Source: an uncultured Chloroflexia bacterium (GTDB taxonomy: Bacteria; Chloroflexota; Limnocylindria; Limnocylindrales; CSP1-4). From it: a DNA stretch of 64,000 bases. The stretch spans positions 2,112,001-2,176,000 of the forward strand of contig OY970218.1 of the NCBI GenBank assembly GCA_963713975.1. Direction: 5' to 3'. The notes beneath the pieces are model-generated. The model worked only from the letters and a program-made list of their open reading frames with translations, made no database searches and was not told the origin of the DNA. Both the position numbers and the translations under genes were made by a program. Shown here one piece after another: positions 62,288 to 64,000 of this stretch (positions are counted from its first letter, which is position 1; each line of letters begins with the position of its first letter).

Positions 62288-63112
62288 CTACGCCGGTACC
62301 GCCCCCATGGGTGCGCCCGTCTCCGCCCTCCCATCGGTGCCGACCGCGCGGCGGCCGAGATAGGCCTCGCGCACCGCGGGGTCCTCGCCGATCTCGGCGA
62401 CGCTCCCCATGGCGATGCGGTTGCCCTCGTTGAGGACCACGATCCTGTCCACGAGCCGCATGATCAGCCGCAGGTCGTGCTCGACCACGAGGATGCCAAG
62501 GCCATGTTGGTGACGCAGGTCGCCGATGAGCTCGCGCAGGGCGTCCGACTCCGCCTCGTTGGCGCCCGCTGCCGGCTCGTCCAGCAGCAGGTATTGGGGG
62601 TTCGTGGCCAAGGCGCGCGCGATCTCAAGGCGACGGCGGACGCCGTACGGGAGTGTGTCGGCCCGGCGGTCCGCGACGTCGGAGAGGCCCATCTCCACGA
62701 GCATCGCCCGCGCCGCCCGTCGGAGGGCCGCCCCGCCCGGCCGGTTCGGGTGGAGCGCAGCCCCGACCTCGACGTTCTCGAGGACCGTGAGCTGCTTGAA
62801 CAGGCGGATGCTCTGGAAGGTGCGGGAGATGCCGAGTACCGCGATCCGGTGGGCCGGCGCGTGGGTGATGTCTTGCCCGTCGAGGTGGATCGTCCCGCCC
62901 GTGGGGATGAGCATGCCCGACAACACGTTCAACAGGGTCGTCTTGCCGGAGCCGTTGGGCCCGATCAGGCCGACGATCTCGCCTGGGACGAGGTCGATGT
63001 CGATTCCCTTGAGGGCGCGCAGCCCACTGAACTGCATCTCGATGCCGCGGGCGACGAGCGCGCGCGCCGAGCCCAGCTTGATTGGCGGCGAGGTGGACGG
63101 ATGGCTAGACAC
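62288..63112 (-). CDS. ABC ATPase (LivG-like)
   Basis: GPNGSGKT, RTFQ, LPYG.RRRLEIARAL, LDEPAAG, VEHD, V.EAYLG; GTG63112 with GGAG RBS. Confidence 0.93.
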   Translation of the reverse strand: MSSHPSTSPPIKLGSARALVARGIEMQFSGLRALKGIDIDLVPGEIVGLIGPNGSGKTTLLNVLSGMLIPTGGTIHLDGQDITHAPAHRIAVLGISRTFQSIRLFKQLTVLENVEVGAALHPNRPGGAALRRAARAMLVEMGLSDVADRRADTLPYGVRRRLEIARALATNPQYLLLDEPAAGANEAESDALRELIGDLRHQHGLGILVVEHDLRLIMRLVDRIVVLNEGNRIAMGSVAEIGEDPAVREAYLGRRAVGTDGRAETGAPMGAVPA

Positions 63113-63288
63113 GGATCTCCACCACCATGGGCAGGAAACCTCGGGTTGCTTCAAGGGACACCCGGGCGCGTGCTTCGCTTTCGCAAGTCGTCCACCCAGT
63201 CCTTAGGCCTTGCTAGACTACACGAACCGGTCAAGACGAAAGCGCTCATTGGCAATCCGCAAGCGAACGGCGCTCGAGAGGAACACAC

Positions 63289-64000
63289 GTGGCCAGCGAA
63301 TCCAAGCGCATCGCGCCCCTGGTCTCTCCGGAAGGGTTGGTCCTGCCGATGCCCGTCCGGCGAGCCCGTGTGCTAGAGACCGTCCGTCGGGAGCAATTCG
63401 CCTCGGTTGCCGACCTGAGCGCCGCGTTCGGTGTGTCGGAGGTCACCATCCGCAACGATCTCGACATCCTCGCCGGAGAGGGCGCGCTGCGCCGCGTTCG
63501 CGGCGGTGCGGTGCACCGTACGGGCCGGAACTTCGAGGAGCCATTCGAGGACGCGGAGGTGCGGCAGGTTGCGGCCAAGCTCGCGATCGCCGCGGCCGCC
63601 GCCGAACTCGTAGAGAGCGGGCAAACGGTCATCCTCGACGCGGGCGCCACCGCGACCGTCACGGCGCGGGCGATCGCGGCACGCGAGGATCTCCACGACG
63701 TGTTGGTCTTCACGAATGGTGTCCCCGTAGCGCTGGCCCTGGAGCCCGCGATACCCCGCATCTCGGTGCTGCTCACTGGCGGAACGCTGCGCCGACTCCA
63801 GCACTCGTTGGTGAACCCGTTCGGCACGACGATCCTCGACCAGGTCCATGCGCACCTGGTCATCCTCGAGTGCGACGGGATCGACGCCTCCGCCGGTATC
63901 ACGCACATCAACGTCGCCGAGGTGGAGATCAAGCGGCTCATGATGCGCGCGGCTCGAAAGCGTGTTCTCGTGGCCGACAGTTCCAAGGTTGGCCAGGTCA
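63289..64000 (+). CDS. DeoR/GlpR-family regulator, 3'-truncated by window edge
   Basis: Not in ORF track (no stop in window): RRARVLE...SVADLS..FGVSEVTIRNDL..L...G..RRVRGGA, K.AIA..AA, LDAGAT, TGG.LR, ADSSK. Confidence 0.92.
   Translation, partial: MASESKRIAPLVSPEGLVLPMPVRRARVLETVRREQFASVADLSAAFGVSEVTIRNDLDILAGEGALRRVRGGAVHRTGRNFEEPFEDAEVRQVAAKLAIAAAAAELVESGQTVILDAGATATVTARAIAAREDLHDVLVFTNGVPVALALEPAIPRISVLLTGGTLRRLQHSLVNPFGTTILDQVHAHLVILECDGIDASAGITHINVAEVEIKRLMMRAARKRVLVADSSKVGQV

Overview
High-GC (roughly 70% by eye) bacterial chromosome segment. Gene style (split gcvPA/gcvPB-type genes, pyrR-pyrB-pyrC, Pro/Thr/Ala-linker lipoproteins, many apparently leaderless genes) suggests a monoderm such as Chloroflexota (Limnocylindria-like) or Actinomycetota; this is inference only. 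Left to right: a toxin-antitoxin cluster (HipA, two RHH-VapC pairs, a VapC remnant); a LysR-controlled peptide-type ABC operon whose last ATPase is fused to a NylB-like serine hydrolase; tRNA-Gly(CCC); a structured intergenic region followed by a ferredoxin / FAD-NAD(P)H reductase / cytochrome b / 27-heme cytochrome c operon; a LacI(CelR-like) cellodextrin operon (ABC, GH94, GH1); an SDR / SRPBCC-amine oxidase-DUF1365-cfa lipid-modification locus driven by back-to-back SigK-type promoters; several odd fusion enzymes; an SQR-like flavoprotein, an aldehyde dehydrogenase, a decayed IS1595; VOC, OYE, lipB, a GalT-like protein lacking its catalytic His, an ECF/anti-sigma pair, an RlpA-like protein, pyrR-pyrB-pyrC with an Arg-rich upstream mini-ORF; and a DeoR-controlled catabolic island with a Liv-type ABC importer, two SDRs, a divergent GcvPA/GcvPB pair without T or H protein, and an ATP-NAD-kinase-family gene. 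Strongest candidates for undescribed biology: the non-canonical GcvP catabolic island, the NAD(P)H-to-27-heme electron conduit, the ABC ATPase-NylB fusion and the pyr leader. All family calls are from motif recognition by eye; no searches were run.
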